Below, one piece after another: positions 60,889-64,000 of a stretch of 64,000 bases of DNA. The stretch spans positions 1 through 64,000 of the forward strand of contig RSEE01000101.1 in the NCBI GenBank assembly GCA_003971905.1, in the 5' to 3' direction. The DNA is from Moniliella sp. 'wahieum' (taxonomy: Eukaryota). The notes under the pieces were generated by a model, which ran no database searches, was not told the origin of the DNA, and saw only the letters and a program-made list of their open reading frames with translations. The translations under genes were made by a program, and so were the position numbers. Each line of letters starts with the position of its first letter. Within the stretch, counting starts at the first letter, position 1.

Positions 60889-63800
60889 ATGAGCACCCAC
60901 AACGGGCCCTCATCCAGCCCCGGCGGCAGCACCCTCTCCGGCCAGCACCAGCCCACCACCCTCTTGCCCAGCCCCAGCCCACCCGGCGCACCCCTCTCTC
61001 CCACCATCATGGAGAAAACCCCGACCGGCGAAAAGACCCCTGCCCACCTCGTCTCGCCCCTCCTCACCGCCACCACCCACGACTCTTCCCCGCGCCAAGA
61101 GCAGCCCCTGGACCGTCAGCAGTCACAAGAGGCACACCCTGTCAATGGCGCCCAGGCCAAACAGACGTTTGCCAATGCCCAAAAACACTTCCGCTCCTTG
61201 TTCAAGTCCAAAGACCGCGACATTGAGGCTGACGCAGAGGAGCAGGGCCAGTTTGATCTGCGCGACTATCTCCTGAGCCACGCGGACGATGCCAAGCAGG
61301 CCGACTGGAAATTCCGCAGCTTGGGCGTCTCGTGGACCGACCTCTCGGTCCGTGGCACCGCGAGCCAGAACCTCAAAGTGCCCACCATCCCCAGTATGGC
61401 TCTCTACGAGATGATTGGTCCCTTCCTAGCCATTCTCAAGGCCATCCACCTCAATCCCTTCCCGCCCAAGGAACGCTTCTTGATTCAAAACTTTGACGGA
61501 TGTGCCAAACCGGGTGAACTGGTACTGGTCATTGGACGTCCCGGGGCCGGCTGCTCCACCTTTCTCCAAGCCATTGCCAACAAGCGCAATGCCTTTTTGG
61601 GCGTCGACGGTCAAGCCAATTACGGTGGCATCAGCCCCGAGGAGGTGAAAAAGCACTATGCCGGCGAGATTGTCTACTCGGAGAAGACGACAATCACCAT
61701 GCCACCCTGACCGTTGCCCAAACGCTGGACACCATCTTGCGCCTCAAGCAACCCGCTCGATCCTTCCCCGGTACACGCAGGAACAGTTCCGTGCCGAAGT
61801 GCTCACTACGCTCCTCAAGATGCTCAACATGGAGCACACGCGCAACACGCTTGTCGGAAGCGCCACCGTGCGCGGCGTATCGGGCGGCGAGCGCAAACGT
61901 GTGTCGATCCTGGAAACGTGTTGCACCAATGGATCGGTGTTGTGCTGGGACAATGCGACGCGTGGATTGGACGCCTCGACCGCCCTCGACTTTGCCAAGA
62001 CGATTCGGGTGTTGACGGATGTACTGCAGACGACTTCGTTCCTCACGGCCTACCAGGCTTCCGAGGGCATCTTTGACGTTTGCGACAAAATCTTGGTCAT
62101 CGAAGGAGGTCGATGCGTGTTCTGGGCCACGCAGCGAAGCTCGCCAATATTTTGTCAATCTCGGTTACCTCGATCGTCCTCGGTCCACCTCGAGCGATTG
62201 GATCACGACCTGCTTTGACCCCAAGACGCGCGAGTACCAAGAAGGCAAAACTGAAAAGGATGTTCCCTCTACCCCGGAAGAACTGGAGGATGCGTATCGC
62301 ACCAGCAAGGCCTACCTCAACACGGTGGCCGAACGGGACGGGTACAACGAATCGGTGAGCGAAGATACCCACAACCAAGTCCAGTTCCGCGAATCAGTGC
62401 GCGAGGGCAAACAAAAGTACGCAGGCGGGAAGAGTCTGTACAACGTACCGTTTTGGACACAAGTCTACGTCTTGTTCCAGCGAGAGATGAAGATTCTGCT
62501 TGGCGACCCCTTTGATATTTTCATGGACTACACAACGGCCATCACTCTGGCGCTCTTGTCGGGCGGTCTGTTCTTCAAGTTGCCACAGACCAGCAACGGT
62601 CTCTTTACCCGAGGCGGCGTGATCTTTATTCTGTTGCTTACCCAAAGTCTTTCTACTTTTGCCAACTCTCGTCTCAAATGCAGTCCCGGCCCGTGCTCGC
62701 ACGACAGTTAACCTTTACCATGTACCGTCCAGCCGCAGCACCCATGGCTCAAATTCTGGCCGATGTACCTATCGCCATTCCGCGCGTCACCATCTTCATG
62801 ATCATTCTCTACTTCATGGCGGGATTGCGTACGTTTTTTCATTCCCCGCCCCCCTCGAACCCCAACACAGCTTTTGGTTGGTTTGCCCGGCAATGCTGTT
62901 GTTGGTTTTTTGGGTGTGAGGTTTACCCATGGTTCCGCTAACTCTTTTCCTTTTTTTCTGTATTGTCGGGGTGCATTCCCTTGTTCTAGGTCTCAATGCG
63001 GGCGCGTTCTTCACGGCTTGGCTCATCATCGTTGTCAGTTACTTTGTCTTCAAGTCGCTGTTTACCATGTTCGGTGTCATATGCCGGACTTTTACGGCGC
63101 AGCACGTCTCGCCGCCGTCTTGATCTCCATCATGGTCCAATGGATACGTGCAGCCACTCAAGTTGCAGCACGGCTACGTCAAGTGGCTCACCTACCTTGA
63201 TCGTGCGTTTTCTCCTAATTTGGCGGTTGGGTTGCGTCCCTTCTTCCCTTTTTGTGCATACTGACACGTCCCCATGGGACTCTTTCTTTTTTCTCTCTTT
63301 TCTTCTCTTGTCTTCTTCAAACACTTGCAGCGGTGTACTATAGTTTGAGTCGCTGCTGATCAACGAATTGACGTACTTGACCTTCTCTTGCGATGGCGCC
63401 CAAATCGTTCCCTCGGGGCCGGAATACTTCCATGGTCTGGGCCCGAACCAGGTATGCACGCTGCCTGGCGCAACGCAAGGCGAGACGACGGTCCAAGGCC
63501 AAAAGTACCTCGACGTCGCATTTGGGTTTACGCGCGGCCATCTCTGGCGCGACGTGGGGATCTATTTGTATTTTTGGTGGGCGTGTTGGTCATGACGTGC
63601 ATCGCGATCGAGATGCAAGACCAAGGCTCGTTTGCTAGTGCGTTGATTGTGGCCAAGCCACCTTCGAAGGAGGAAAAGGAATTGAATGCTCGGTTGGAGG
63701 AACGTCGGAGCAAAGTCCTGAGAGGCGAGTCGGTCGAGGATAACGAATTCAAAGTCGTCGGCCAACCTTACACTTGGTCCAACCTCAAGTACACAGTACC

Positions 63801-64000
63801 CGTCCCAGGTGGCCACCGTCGCTTGCTCAATAACGTCGATGGATACGTCTTGCCGGGCACCGTCACTGCGCGTACGTATTGCTCTTGTTTTGTCTTTTCC
63901 CCCTAGGCCCCCCTTTGATAGGGAGGGCGTTTGGGTTTGGTGGTTGGACAGACCGAATTAAACTAACCAAACAATTCCCTTTCTTCTTCCTTCTCTCCTT
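60889..64000 (+). CDS. Pleiotropic drug resistance (ABCG/PDR) transporter, running off the window end
   Basis: NBD1 Walker A GRPGAGCSTFL (Cys variant), VSGGERKRVSI and CWDNATRGLDASTALDF; TMD1 FTRGGVIF; NBD2 start TWSNLKYTVPV..GHRRLLNNVDGYVLPG. Confidence 0.95.

Overview
A GC-rich fungal nuclear window, most likely basidiomycete (compact genes; sparse GTACGT/GTGCGT...CTRAC...YAG introns). It carries about 18 protein genes: a Cdc10-type septin, RIC1, SEN1, RNR1, an F-box protein, a Sel1-repeat (Skt5/Chs4-like) protein, a Zn2Cys6 transcription factor, two MFS transporters, a polyol dehydrogenase, monopolin Csm1/Pcs1, a DUF3237 protein, a NIPA Mg2+ transporter, a PX sorting nexin, DASH subunit Hsk3, SF3B6/p14, a PDR-type ABC transporter and orphans. 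It also has three tRNA genes (Thr-CGT, and intron-containing Glu-CTC and Pro-AGG). Nearly every gene, including essential ones, is broken by small deletions. This most likely reflects an unpolished long-read consensus, so gene boundaries are approximate. The most unusual signals are non-coding. Intergenic DNA repeatedly forms 7-bp-period arrays of a 6-bp palindrome plus one variable base (at least 8 different cores), including a 64-bp near-perfect palindrome. A 5'-truncated CRE/Cnl1-like restriction-like-endonuclease retrotransposon relic lies just upstream of tRNA-Thr. All family calls come from motif recognition by eye; no database search was run.
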